Below, piece after piece: positions 13,643 through 26,705 of a DNA stretch of 47,173 nucleotides. The position numbers were made by a program, and so were the translations under genes. The notes beneath the pieces are model-generated. The model did not search any database. It saw nothing but the letters and a program-made list of their open reading frames with translations, and was not told the origin of the DNA. Within the stretch, counting starts at the first letter, position 1, and every line of letters starts with the position of its first letter. This DNA is from Octopus bimaculoides (lineage: Eukaryota), in NCBI RefSeq assembly GCF_001194135.2, contig NC_068995.1, positions 29,791,480-29,838,652 on the forward strand, in the 5' to 3' direction.

Positions 13643-13841
13643 AAGCAGTTAAAATTCAAAGATTATTGAAGCACACCCACTGCAAAAGAGGGGGTGTTTC
13701 TACACAAAAATACTATCTGTGCAATCCAGACAATGTCAGAAATGAAAATGTAATGACAGGGCCTTAGAAGGCCAAAAAGATCACAAACACATTTTCAACT
13801 TACGGAGCACCAAATTTCTGTGACATCACAGTATGGTGGCC

Positions 13842-13865
13842 ATGATGATGATGATGATGATGATG

Positions 13866-13923
<58 letters not shown>
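13842..13923. repeat. (ATG)n-(AAT)n compound microsatellite at the Tx1 5' end
   Basis: Direct reading. Confidence 0.95.
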
Positions 13924-15284
13924 GGAATGACTAAATAAATAAATCAAAACAAAACAATCTTCAAAGCAGTGACAGTTTAATTGTTGTATAAGTGACAGTG
14001 GGATTTGTTAGTAGTGTAGAAGGCAAGAGAAGCAGGTTGAAACCAGATGAGAGGCATTTTCTGATGGATTTTGTAACTATATGAGCCACAAAGTTGAAAA
14101 ACTGTATGTACAAAAGCATCACTTACTGAATTTTATTTACTGAATGGCTTTCAGCAAGTAAAAAAATGATGTCTTGATGAAGTTAATGCCATGCAGCAGC
14201 CTGTTCTGGGTTGCTTAGATAAAAATGGGTCTTTTGGTAAAGCTGTTATAATGTGTATCAATGTAAACAGATTAACTTTAAGCAAACACACATTCAAGCA
14301 CTCATATACATATGCACATGCTCAAATATATCCTCCCTCTGCCCACCTCCCTCTCTCTCTCTCTCTCTCTGTCATAGGCATATTTTCACACACACTACTC
14401 ATCTATGTTTGGTTAATAGATTTTAATGTTCATTTGTGGAGTCTGCAATTTAGCTTCTTGTACTGCATGCATACATTCACATCCACTCAGAAGCAGGGAC
14501 ATATTAACACATATGTCATCACACTTCATCAAAATTCATGCACAAAGATGACTGTACTGAGATTACGACATATACACACCATACATACATACACATACAC
14601 ACTCTCATTCTCTCTCTCTCTCTCTCTCTCTTTCACACACACACACACACACATTCTCACACTTTTTGGGTTTGTTGCTTGCTTACTCCAGATATGCTTT
14701 ACATTATATACAGAGAGTGGGAGAAAGAGTAGAAGAAAGATAAAGAGAGAGTAAGCGCCAGAAATACAAGATGTTTGGTGGAAGGCAATGAGTAAATGAA
14801 TGCTACATACATACATACACACACACAGTGACAGACTAAAAACATTATGGAGACAGGAAGAAGAGGAAATGACAAAATAGTTATAGTGAATAAACATATA
14901 TATATATGCATATGTGAAATTGATAAAAATTGGTGTGTGTGTGTGTGACAGACTAACAGTTTTAAAACAACTGGAAGTTCTTATAAGACAGCCTGCTGTG
15001 TGCCAACTGAATCCATAGCTAGCACAAAACTCAGGTCAAACTGAAGGTGACATAGTGATGGAGCAGGGTGGTTGACAGCCAGAAAACTGAAAAGAAAAGC
15101 TTGGAAAAACTTGAAAATTGGAGGTAGCAGAAATTTGCATGGGGTTGCTAGAAGAGGAGTTAGTTGCCAGGTTTACATAGCGAAGAGAGAAGTAGAAAGT
15201 AAGAGATTTGCCAATGTTCTACAAAGGTATGCTGTGTTCAGAGAGAATTGAGAGATATTGATGTGTATGGATAATGGTTCTGGA

Positions 15285-16660
15285 TTTGTCAGTAAAACAT
15301 TTCTACTATTTCTTGACCTGATGATCCTTCACCATTTATACTGATCGTAAACCATTAACTTAGGTATTACAATCTGAAATGGGTAAGTATTCCCTAAAAG
15401 ACATCAGACACCTTGATTATATTTCAAGATATTCATCATATCAAGGGTGCTGAAAATTCTGCAGCAGATACATTATCCCATGTTTATATCAATGCTTTGT
15501 ATTTTGCTGATACTATTGATTCTGAGAAAATTGTTACAGATCAAAGAGACAATGAAGAGTTATTACAACTTCGTAAATCAGAATCATCTTCTCTAGATTT
15601 TTGTCTGTTACTACTGCATTCTATTGTTTGAGGTATATGGTGTGATGTTTCTACTGGATTATTTAAGCCTTAGGTCCTGGAGAATCATAGATGAACCATC
15701 TTTTTAGCTCCTCCTAATTTATCTTATTCTGATATTTCAACAACATTGAAATTAATTTAAGTCCATTTTGTATGGCTAAATTTACAGAAGAACATTTGAA
15801 TATCTTGCCAAAAAGCTAAGGTTCATTGCCACATCAACTACTTCTGGTGCTTGTTTCAAACATATCCACATAGATATTGTGGGTCCTCTACCACCAGTTC
15901 AGGATAAAATGTATCTTTTGAAGTGTCTAGACTGTTTTTCTAGATGGCCTGAAGTCATACTGATGGAAAACATTTCATGTCTTTCAGTTACAAAGGTCCT
16001 ATTGGCCAAATGGATTTTGCGTTTTGGCACATCTATAACAATACAACTGACAGGGGATGTCAATTCAGATTCAATCTTTTTGCTGATTTATCTGTTAGAT
16101 ACACATGAGATTAGTACTACAGCTTACCATCCTATGTCTAATGTGATGATAGAGTGTTTCCATCACCAGCTTAAAGCAGCTTTATGATAGATAGTTAGAA
16201 GCCCTGCCAATTATGTTACTTGTTTTACATACTTCTATTAAGGAAGGTCTAGGTTATTCCCCAGCAGAATTACTGTATGGTTTGGCACTTACACTACCTG
16301 GTTAAATAGAAGTAGCAACAACTAGTCATCAACTTGATCCTACCAACTATATTCATCAACTGTGGAATTACATGGTGGAGTTATTTCTCTTAATCACAAG
16401 ACCTCAGTTGATTAAAACTTTTATCCTACCTGACATAAATACCTGGACTCACAACAATGCAGTTAAGCATCCTTTGCATGCAGTTTATTCTGGTCTGTAC
16501 CATGTACTGAAAGCTAAATCAAAATGTATGGTCTTGGACATTCAGGGGAGACTGTCAGTGTTGATTGACTTAAGCAGGCTTTCATCAAGTCCATTCCCTT
16601 ACCACACTCTTCCTCTTCTCCCACACCTGCCCACACTGACAGGATAACCAAAAGTTGATG
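15285..16660 (+). mobile_element. Second Ty3/gypsy remnant (RNase H end and integrase)
   Basis: SVKHFYYFL, IYTDRKPL, HHIKGAENSAADTLS, HIHIDIVGPLP, LKCLDCFSRWPE, TTAYHPMSN..IECFHHQLKAAL, PAELLYG. Confidence 0.85.
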
Positions 16661-16919
16661 AAGAATCCACTGGCCAGCTTGCATTTATGTTTTTTTAACC
16701 AAAAGCCATTTTAATGTTTTCCTTTTTATAGTTCTAAAAAAAAAAAAGAACTGCAGAACTTTACATATCTTATGAATTTATCATTGTTACATAAGCAATC
16801 TTTCAGAATTTATTCTGTATTCAATGCATGTTTTTCTTATTCATTTTGCCTTTTTATTGTATTTTTACATAAATTCTCTGTTTAGTATTTCGTTCTTTTC
16901 ACTTTCATTGTAAAGAACT

Positions 16920-17290
16920 GGGAGGGGACTACATGTAGTAGGGATTCAAGCCCTAACTGCTAGATACTTGGTCAGGCACCACAAGTGAACCACCACAGTT
17001 TCATGTGATTGATCTATAAATTGACCAATTAGCATGAAGCCATGGCATAAATGATTTACTCAGTTGACCTAGAATTTAACCCTTGTCCTCCTATAAAAAC
17101 CGTTTTGCATATAACTCAGGGTGTGGTTGGCCCACAGGCTGCTGATGTCACAGATCATTTCAGAGATTTGCGTGGATGATTTCCAGAGTTTTTTTTTGGA
17201 TAGATCACATGATATCACAGAGATAGCTTTCTGTATCTTCAGAACAGTTTTCCTCTCCTCCCATTTGGCAAAAATTAATACTGTTCATTG
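16920..17290 (+). mobile_element. Putative polypurine tract and 3' LTR of the second gypsy element
   Basis: gggaggggactaca immediately followed by TGTAGT at 16934, a typical PPT/LTR junction. The LTR end is uncertain and no matching 5' LTR was found. Confidence 0.5.
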
Positions 17291-17439
17291 TAAATAGCCA
17301 ACACCAACATCAGTATGTCCAGCAATAAATGTCAAGTTAAATGCTTGTGGGTTTGCTTCAGTTATTATGCATACAGCCAACAAAAAAATCATCATTGACC
17401 AGCTTAACACAATGCAACAAGCAAACCTTCTGCAACAGT

Positions 17440-18438
17440 ACACTTGCACTAAGTGATTCTGAAAATAAAGAGGCATAGAAATGATAGTGTGAAGGATTAC
17501 TAAACTTCCCAATGTGAACCCAACAGAGTGACCAGCTATCCTAATAGACAGTTGTATGATAGATAATTTAGGATATGAAGACCTGAAAAGTCCCTGATTA
17601 ATCAGGAATCACTGCTGAAGTGTTTAAAATATCTGGTGAGGTAGAGTAAAGCCTTCTCACTCACATAGCTAAACATGTGGTACAAGAAGGTTTTGTATTC
17701 AATGACTGATGCAGCAGCATTATAGTCAACTATTACAAGGGTGAAGGAGATGCCATAGACAGAAGTAATTACAAAAGTATCAAATTGCTGGACCAAGTCA
17801 TGAAAGGTACAGAAAGAATTCCAGCCCAATTAATTATGAACAGAATAAGTCAAAATGAGATGCAATTTGGTTTTGTGCTAAAGAGGAATACTACTGATAC
17901 TCTCTTTCTAGTAAGACAACTATGGTAAAAGTATTTAGCTTAAAGTAAGCCATTGTAGTTGGCTTCCATTGACCTGAAGAAATCTTTTGGCATGGTCCCT
18001 CACCCTGTGATCTGATGATCACTGAAGAAGCTAGGGGTAAATAAATGGCTTGTGAGAGCCATACATGCCACATAAAGGGATACTGTCAGTAAGTTGAGAG
18101 TTAACAATGGAAAGAACAATGGATTTACTGTGCAGATAGGAGTTCACTAGGGCTCTGATTCCTTGTTCATAGTACACCAGATCATAACTGAGAAATTTAA
18201 GACTGGTTGCCCTTGGGGACGACTGATGGCCTTGTTCTTTTAGTGGAATCGGTAGTATAGTTAAAAAAGAAATTCCAGGTGTGGAAGCAAAACCTGGAAT
18301 AAAAGGGCCCTAAAGTTAGCTTAACAAAGACCAAAGTTCTAATAAGCAAGAAAATGGACAGAACTCTAGTACTTTTAGGAAAATTACCCTGCTCAATATG
18401 TAGGATAGGTGTAGGTAGATATTCTATACAGCATACCA

Positions 18439-18440
<2 letters not shown>
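17440..18440 (+). mobile_element. RTE-clade LINE RT fragment
   Basis: SIIVNYYKGEGDAIDRSNYKSIKLLDQVMKGTER and later GKLPCSICRIGVG; same family as 42326-44126. Ends at a (TA)n tract. Confidence 0.85.

Positions 18441-18492
<52 letters not shown>
18441..18492. repeat. (TA)n microsatellite
   Basis: Direct reading. Confidence 0.95.
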
Positions 18493-18496
<4 letters not shown>

Positions 18497-19065
18497 CTAT
18501 AATGGAAACCATCATATTCAAATGTCTTTTAGAAAATTTTGGAAGAGTTCTTTGAAAACTTTAAAAATGAATTTAACATGTTTAAAGCTTTAAAAATACT
18601 CAGATTCTAAGCATCTTTAGATTTATTACCTTTATATCAGAATGATAAAGTAGATCATACAATCAGTCTTAGTCATAGTGAAGTTAATCTAAAATCTCTC
18701 ACATTTATTCAAATTAATTAGTTTTAAACTTATTTAGCTTTTGAAGACTAAACTGCAAAAGAATGAAGAATATGTATTTTATGGTTTTAAGTGTTGATGC
18801 AAACAGAAAAGACATCCAAATGTGAGCCCCTCAGAATCACATTTATTTCTCATTTACAAATGTATTGTTTATGTTTGCACTGATATTTCATCTAAAAACC
18901 ATAAAACATCCCCTTTTAGACGTTTTATAAAAATATTTTGTAGAAGCTTTAGAACTTCGAATAAATTGTTGATAGTTTTATTGGGTGTAGTTTGTGAATG
19001 GTTAGGAATATTGACTTGTATAAATACAGCTTGTATACATTTGAGTAATGCTATGATAAGCTGAT

Positions 19066-19070
19066 GTATA

Positions 19071-19118
<48 letters not shown>
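19066..19118. repeat. (TA)n microsatellite
   Basis: Direct reading. Confidence 0.95.
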
Positions 19119-19121
<3 letters not shown>

Positions 19122-20069
19122 AGAAGCTAACATTTAGTAGAATACATATTGTATGTTTATATTGGATAATGTTACTTGTGTTAAATATTGTATTTCTCAG
19201 TTGGGTTATGTCAAACAACCTAACTTGATACAGAAAAACTTCAGTAAATTTGTGCCAACATTGGAATTAAGATGGCTAATAGCTGGGCTAACTCTGTTAA
19301 TAGTAGAAATACCAATTTTGTTCATATCAGAGCCTATGTTTGTTTCTTTCTTTGCCTTTAAATCTGTCAATTATGTTTTGATAACATCTCTGTGATCAGA
19401 ATTTAGTCCTCTACATTCCATCTAAACTCTTATAGTAACATGAAAATATGGCATCTGACATTGGACTGATAAAGCTCTTCTCTTTTCTTCTTAAAGCATA
19501 TTAGCTGGAGAATCCCAGATCAGAATAAGATAGCCAGCTTTTCAAGTTGAAAACTAAATTGTTAAATTTCCTTAAATTATCATCAGAGTTTGGCTGAACC
19601 CCACCCACTGTATGTAGACTTTCTTTTAGTATTCTATTTGTTTGAATAGAAAAAAAACATTGTTCTTAATGTACAATGGCATTGAAAAATTGGAGGTTAC
19701 TTGAGAAGAATGCTTTAGTTATGTATTTTTATGCAGATACAGTTTAGTATAGAAGTAGGGGACATTTTTTATGTTGAAAGGGCACATTGAAGTTAACTGC
19801 TATCTGACAATACCATATTTCAGAACTAATTTTATACTGCTAACCCTGTTATTGTAAATATATATAAGTTAAAACAATCTCTAACAAAATATTTAAAAAA
19901 TGGATGAAGTTTTTGATTAAGCACCCTCCCACAGTAACCATTTTTATTAAATTTCTAGAAAATTGTTTGAAGCTATTTTCAATTGTTTTATACACAATTG
20001 TAATTACTTTAAACATGAAATCACAAGTGGAGATTAAGAAATATAAACATTTCTAAAATTCACCATTTG

Positions 20070-20127
20070 CATCAACAAAAATATATTTACATCAACAAAA
20101 ATATATTTACATCAACAAAAATATATT
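20070..20127. repeat. 20-bp tandem repeat x3 (catcaacaaaaatatattta)
   Basis: Direct reading. Confidence 0.9.
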
Positions 20128-20161
20128 CCAATATAATGATTTTCTCTCAAATATATATCTT

Positions 20162-20487
20162 CCTGACTGGTCCCATACCGGTGGCACATAAAAAGCACCA
20201 TTCAAGCATGGTCGATGCCAGTGCCAGCTGACTAGCTCCTGTGCCGGTGGCATGTAAAAAGCACCATTCAAGCATGGTCATTGCCAGTACCGCCTGACTG
20301 GCCCTCATGCTGGTGGCACGTAAAAAGTACCCACTACACTCTTGGAGTTGTTGGCATTAGGAAGGGTATCCAGCTGTAGAAACTTTGCCAGATCAGATCG
20401 GAGCTTGGTGCAGCCTTCTGGCTTGCTAGTCCTCAGTCAAACCGTCCAACCCACGCCAGCATTGAAAGTGGACATTAAATGACAATG
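20162..20487 (+). mobile_element. RTE 3'UTR/tail copy with ~2.5 tandem ~67-bp units
   Basis: Repeated ctgactgg..ggtggca.gtaaaaagcaccattcaagcatggtc units, then the family A body and tail. Confidence 0.85.
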
Positions 20488-20994
20488 AAGGTTGCACTTT
20501 GCCCTTCAGATGGCCATGGGTTCCTCCTCTCTGGTTTAGCAGATAAACCTGGGCTTTGTGCTAGTCACAGATTTTGGTCGGCCCACAGCAAGTTGTCTCA
20601 TAGGAACTTCCAGTTGTCCTCTATGAAGCAGGATTCTGCGTTAGCGGAAAATTTATTTCTATAAATTTGGTATGTCTATATCCATGTGATCATGGATATA
20701 GACAATGAAGTGTTCACTGAGTCATTGTAAAAAATACTAAAATCCATTCACCCACTCATATCTATTTAACAAGTTGTCTTATTCATACCATGTAGTTAAC
20801 CTTCATTCATTCTTATTAATTGCTATTTACTTCACTTATCTGTTTACTTAGTCATTACATCAATTCCTAACCATTAAGCTATCTCTATTAAACTACCCAT
20901 TTTTTTGTCAGTTACTTGAAGCAAAACCTAAATATTTTAAATTTCTTTTTTTCTTTTACCAGTGATTATCTGTTTGTTTTGTTTTATTTATCAG

Positions 20995-21035
20995 ATGAAA
21001 GAGACTTTATGAAGAAGAAAGCCCTACAAGAAAAG
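20995..21035 (+). CDS. ULK3: ULK3-like exon A (MIT1 helix 2-3 region), 41 nt, phase 1 to 0
   Basis: Pyrimidine tract ending ttatcag| and donor AAG|gttaat. Translates xAT-ERDFMKKKALQEK, resembling YEVDAQRKEAIKAK of human ULK3 as I recall it. Joins exon B in frame. Confidence 0.75.
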
Positions 21036-22594
21036 GTTAATATATATTTTAGTATATATCATATCATAGATATGTTATTGCAAGTTCGCACAACTCTCAT
21101 TCAACAATTTTGTGTAGTAATTTTCTTCTATTAATAACCTTGTTTATTAAAAACTTCTAATTTTGTCTTAGGTTGGATATGCTTCAGAGGATTTAAATAT
21201 TTTGTATTAATTCTGCTTGTCATTCTGTTACTTAGCCTGTTCGTAAAGCTTTCACATGATTAGAGAAAAAGAGGGAGAAAGAAAAAAAGGGAAAGAGAAA
21301 AAGTGAGAGAGAAGTGTCCATTGACGTGAGGTAGAGGGAATGTAAATGTAACACTTTCAAGTGATTAGTTGAAGGGAAAGAGGGGAGAAAGAATAAGGAG
21401 AGAAAAAAGAGGATAAGGTAAAGAGGGAGAGAAAAAGAGTGTCCATGGTGTGTGGTGGGGGGACGTAATATTTATTATGTGGTTAAAAGAGTTAGTTGAA
21501 GGCAGTGACATAGAGAAAGAGTTAGAAATATAATTTTAGCATAGAGGTGATGTTCTGATGGTGAGGTTAAAGAAAAGTAGAGAGAGAGGGGGAGAGGGAG
21601 ATAATGATGGTGGTGGAGGTGCTGGTGGTGCTGGTGGTGTGTGGATAGTGAAAAGTGTATTTTTTAAAATTAAACTCAGATTTTATATCACCTATCACTT
21701 AACACATGCACATAAATGCAATTCTGTGAAATATTCATGCTTATTTACATGGCAGATATATGCAATTTAACTAAAGGTTGCAGCCTATGTACGGGATATT
21801 TTATTTTTGTTTATGGGGGAAATGGAAAAATGAGAGTGAATATTTATTTTATTTATTTTATAAGTGCTGTGTATTAAGTCTATAAAATTGTTCATAAAAT
21901 ATATAAAGTGCATTAAGTAATCATCGTATTCCAATTTCTTTCACTTTTCAATGATTAGCAGATGAATGACTAACTTTCCATACAGACACAACACAGGCTA
22001 TGCTTTCAGGCTTTTGGATAAAGTTTTCAGAAATAACCCAATAGGTTTACCATTAATTCTGTGAAATATTCACTGGTCTCTTTTGTAAAAGAAAAGTAAA
22101 TTATAAAAGAAAAAAGAAACAACTTTACTTAGTGGGTAGTTGATACTCGTTAGTGATATATTAACAATCCATCAGTATTATTTTGTCTACTTCATCAATT
22201 AGCATATTTTTATATATATAGAAAAAGAGTTACAAATAATTATTGGTCTGCATAATTTGCATAATTAAAAATAATATAAGCTAATGTAACTAATTACATT
22301 GCAGTATATTCTATCATTCCACTCCTTAAGTTGTATAATATAATTTGTTTCTGCAATGTTTCTCTCTTCTGTTTCAAATTGCTGCTTATGATGTCTCAAA
22401 TCATTTACATTAGAATCTAAACAGTTAATTCAGAATTTCATTCATGGGTTTATTTCGCAAACATTAAATAGTGACAGGACACCTTGCCACATTGGACATT
22501 AGTAGAGAAGCCTCTTTAACTAGTTATAAGTGACTAAAGAATTAGTTTATGGAGATAAAAATAGCACAGTGTAAATAATAGAATCAAATAGTCC

Positions 22595-23005
22595 TTTGTA
22601 CACAAAGCCTGAAATTTGGCAGAGGGGGATAGTTGATTACATCAGCTCCAGTGCTCAACTGGTACTTATTTTATCAACACTGAAAGGATGAAAGGTGAAG
22701 TTGACCTCAGTAGAGTTTGAGCTCAGGACATAAAGATTGTCTGGCATGCTAACAATTCTGCCAGATCACCATCTTATAGCAGAGTCAAATAATGGTTTTA
22801 AATTTTGGTACAAGGCCAGCAATTTCAGGGGAGTGACTAAATTGATTACATCAACCCCAGTCCTCAGCTGGTACTTATTTTATTGACTCTGAAAGGATGA
22901 AAGACAATGTTGACCTTTATGACATTTGAACTCAGAACATAAAAGACAGACAAAATGCTGCTAAGCATTTTGCCCAGCAGGCTGACATTTCTGCAGCTTA
23001 CTGCC
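22595..23005 (-). mobile_element. Two adjacent family B SINE copies
   Basis: Both contain, in reverse complement, gagttcaaat..gaggtcaac..tttcatcctttca..ataaaataagtaccag..ctggg..gatgtaatc. Confidence 0.75.
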
Positions 23006-23449
23006 TTAGCAGAATCAAATAATGATATCTAGCTTGAGGAGACATAATGGCAGGCACCATTCAGGACATGTAAGATACAGGTTCAAATCCTATCGGTGAA
23101 CTTGTTTTGGTTGCCTTAAATTACTGCTTGTTATGTATGATATAGTTTAAATATTATTGCTTCATCACTATATTTTCATACTCTACTCTTTTATTCCATA
23201 GTTACCATTTTCCATTTCTCTTCATAATCTGTTCCATCCTCCTCTTTACACCTTTTCCATTTTATTTTTTCATTTTTTGAAGTTCTCTTCATATATTGTT
23301 CCATCCTCCATATTATATCCTGCTCAGTTTTCAATTCACACTTCTCTTTACACCCTACTCTATCCAAAACTTCATACTCAGCTTTACATTTGCTCATTAG
23401 CACCATCATATTCTTTATCTTCACACTTTCTTCCTCTCTGTATTATGTT

Positions 23450-23880
23450 TCTTAATACCAGCTGTACTATTCAATCAACACTTCTTCTTCTTAACTGCCA
23501 CCCTTCAATCTTCTTAAATCCCTAGTTGGCAACTGGAGCAGGAGGCTGTCCTCTCAACCAATACACTGTTCTTGTGATGATGTTATTGCATGCTTTCTGA
23601 TCCCTGGTATTGGCCTTAGCATGCTAGAGATCAAGGTGCTGTGACTTCAGGCCATCCTCAATTTGTTGTACCCATGTCTTCTTTGGTACACTGCACTGAA
23701 TTCTTCAGTGTGTGGGTCACAGCTGCTACAGAAGTTGGTATGGTAATCTGCCAGTGCTCATCCTGCATATGTGCAAACCAGTGTAGCTTGTGCTACTGGA
23801 CTTGGGTCTTCAGTGGCTGGCTGCTGCTGGCATTGTTCAATACCTTGTGCCCAACCTCTAGTAATCCTTTTAAAATGGCT
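23450..23880 (-). mobile_element. Different RTE/RTEX-like LINE 3' fragment with (AAG)-type tail
   Basis: Minus strand KLHWFAHM, GRLPYQLL, PKKTWVQQIEDGLK. Confidence 0.6.
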
Positions 23881-25744
23881 TTCACACTTCTCAATCCCAT
23901 CTATTTTCATAAGTACTTCACAGACAACATTTTTCTTTGTGTCTTTTAGTTATAGTTCCTTATTTTAACACGTTTGAATTAACTCCTCACTGCCTTAATA
24001 TAAAACTTATTTGCTTAATGTTTAAGCTTTGTGATAATGATAATAATGATGAGCAGAATGAAAAGAATTGAGAGGATTTATCAACCTCTTTTTACTATTT
24101 TTATTTGCTCCAGATTTTTTTCTTGTATGAGAAAAATAATTAAAATTTAGAAAATCATGGCAGTAAAAAAAAAAACTATCATCATTAATTATCTTTTGCA
24201 AGTCTACCTTACTGTATTTAATCGTAAGCAACTCACCCACCCCTGCCCAGTCAGACAGAGTTTGTTGCTGCTATCAACTCACATTACTTTAATTTTTCAG
24301 TTCAATGACCTTTAATATTGTTATGAGCCAAGACAAACTACTAACATATGATGGCAAAATAGGAATGAACAGCTCAGCTCCTTATTCTCAGAAGTTGTTT
24401 ATTTATTTATTTTTAAATACTCTCTGCTGAATAATACTAATAGGAAATTAAATATATATTACTTGGCAAAGAAGAAAAAAGCTGAAATAAAATAAAAACA
24501 AAATGAGTATTTTTTAAAAAATTAATAGAATTACTTTTCTTAAATAGTAATTTTAATTGTAAAGGAATTGGTGAATGGATGAAATGAGAAATTTGAGAAG
24601 TTATCCCCAACATATTTTATTACTTAGCCTTAAATAGAAGAGGTTATGGTTATGACATCTTTAGTTCCACTTTGATTTGGGCTAATGAATAATTGGGTGA
24701 AGTTAATGTAATTATAGAAGAAAGATCCCAAATCTGAGGTAACTAAAAATGGCCTATGTCAGCAACAATTATTCCATAGGAAAGTTCTTAAAAAAATTTG
24801 CTACGAAACTAACATTTCATGCTTTTCTTGCTCTTCATCTGAGAGTGTGTATGTGTATGATATTGTTGTTTTGACTGTAAGCTTTTGAGTGGTGAAAAGG
24901 TTAAAATGAAGGATAAATGTGGGAAGTGATGGGATAGGACCACAAGTTTGTGTGGTTAATATTCGATTTGAACTTTAGTTACTGTTTGTAGGAAATACAT
25001 GGAAAAGAAAGGAGTTCTAAAGAGAGCAGTGATTTTATGGAAGAAGTATCAAACTTTCTGTTTAGTTTGGGTTCTTGAGTGTTGAGACACAAAAGTGGGC
25101 TGATTGGGAAAATATTGGATACATTTGCAGTATTCTCATGAAGCAAATATAGTGTCGGTTTTTGAGGAGCAAATACTAATGTAGCAGTTAGAATGATAGG
25201 TCACAGATCAATAGAGGACCTGTTATTACGTTATTGATGAGTGAAAACAGTTATTTTTGTGTGTGTGTGTGTGCGTGTGCACATGCATGCATGTGTGTGT
25301 GCACGCATACGTGCATGCATGTGTTTCAGGTATGCTATCTGTACACTTTATGTAAATTTAAGAACTGTTCAAGACTAGAGGGGTTTTTTTTATTCTGAAG
25401 AAAAAATTCATCTTCTTTTCTGTTGTGTGAAGAATATGAGATTGTATACAAGGCTTTTGCAAATTGCAGTCATCATGTGTGAAGAATCTGCAATGATATT
25501 AGGAGCATATAGTGAATGTGATGTGATGTTTTGATAAAAACCATTGGAACCATTGTTCAGGAAAATATATAAAAAGAGAGCAGGGAGGTTAAGAGAGTGA
25601 GGGTAGATATATGTGTATAAAGATATATGTGATTGTGCTGGGATAAGAAGTAGAAAGTCTTGTTGTTACAAGTAGCTTTCAGTGAGAATTGAGTTCATTA
25701 TAATAATGCTAGAAAAGGTAATGGAATACATTATCACCTTAAAG

Positions 25745-26051
25745 CAGTGGTTCCCAAAGTGAGTGGTATTGCCCTCATGGAGGTGATGGAAAGTTCCAAG
25801 GGGGTGTTGAAAAAAGTGGGGCAATAATGGGGCAGCGATTCATGTAGAAAGTGGGGTGATAATGGGCTAACAATTCATGTAAAAACAACAAAATAAGGAT
25901 TCATTAGGTTAAGTTTTATTTGTGAAATACAGTTGCTTTGAATTTGTTTTGGAAAGAAGTTTATGTTTGTGATGGTTAGTTGGGGTGGGGGTGCTAAGAA
26001 TGTGACCTGAGTGCCAAGAAGGGGCAACCCCCAAAAGTTTGAGAACCACTG
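25745..26051. mobile_element. hAT (Charlie-like) MITE, 307 bp
   Basis: TIRs cagtggttcccaaa / tttgagaaccactg with a perfect 8-bp TSD ccttaaag (25737-25744, 26052-26059). Confidence 0.9.
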
Positions 26052-26489
26052 CCTTAAAGTAATTGTTAATACCTATTAAGATTACTATCACAAAGAATAT
26101 ATCTCTGAATCGTTTCAGTGCTAATTTTTAATTGACTCTGTTACTTTATTCTAGAGTATCTTCATAGAAAATGTTGACATGTTGTGCAACTAAACGTATT
26201 CTTGAATTACAGTAGAGAATGAAATTTTTTCTATCCTTTAAAGCTTAGTGACCAAGTTGTCAGAGTGTTGTGAACTATGGCATCTTTAGGCTTGATAGAT
26301 GTTTTAAGGATAATTATTATAAAAACTACTGTGAAGAGTTAAATTAGAATGTGTTTGTGAGGTTTTCAAAACCATATCCTTCCACAGAAACAACACTAAA
26401 TATTCACAGCTCTGATTGTCCTGTGTTGGTTGGTTCACTTCATTTTGCTGTTAGTAATTATAAGATAACAATATATTATTTTTCTTGAG

Positions 26490-26705
26490 TAAGGTAGTGA
26501 GCTAGTAGGATCATTACTGCACTGGAAAAAGTGCTTAGTGACATTTCTTCAAACTTTACGTTCAGAGTTCAAATGTTGCTGGGGTCAACTTTGTTCTTCA
26601 TCCTTTTGGGGTCGATAAAATAAATACCAATTGAATACTGGGGATTGGTGTAATTGACTTACCCACACCCTAAAAATTGCTGGCCTTGTGCCAAAATTTG
26701 AAACT
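26490..26705 (+). mobile_element. Family B SINE
   Basis: cagagttcaaat..ggggtcaacttt..catccttttggggtcgataaaataaatacc..tactgggg..gtaattgact..ggccttgtgccaaaatttgaaac. Confidence 0.75.

Larger units (their letters stand above)
8224..13841 (-). mobile_element. Near full-length, decayed Tx1-type (L1 clade) non-LTR retrotransposon
   Basis: On the minus strand: 5'UTR, ORF1 remnants (~13640-11995), ORF2 (11887-8509), then a 3'UTR with AATAAA and (ATT)n. Many stops and frameshifts. Both ends abut microsatellites. Confidence 0.9.

Noticed and set aside
14191-14280. MQQPVLGCLDKNGSFGKAVIMC as the missing MIT1 exon
   Set aside because: Only superficial resemblance; no suitable acceptor/donor pair giving a phase-1 end.
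3994-16660. Idea that the two gypsy remnants are halves of one element split by the Tx1 insertion
   Set aside because: Domain order would fit, but the intervening DNA shows no continuity or shared TSDs, the middle of RNase H is missing, and the motif styles suggest different gypsy lineages. An RT/RH phylogeny would be needed; not supported as is.
19201-19300. ttctcag|LGYVKQP..FVPTLE as an upstream ULK3 exon
   Set aside because: The FVP match is isolated, there is no donor in the right phase and no MIT helix pattern.
20162-20330. Tandem ~67-bp units and the 29092 array as CRISPR-like repeats
   Set aside because: Eukaryotic context, no unique spacers and no cas genes; explained as LINE 3'UTR and minisatellite repeats.
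23030-23110. ggttcaaatcc B-box as a tRNA gene
   Set aside because: No cloverleaf could be built; probably a decayed SINE head.
23191-23424. 77-aa minus-strand ORF resembling a LINE C-terminus
   Set aside because: No diagnostic motif; cannot be assigned by eye.
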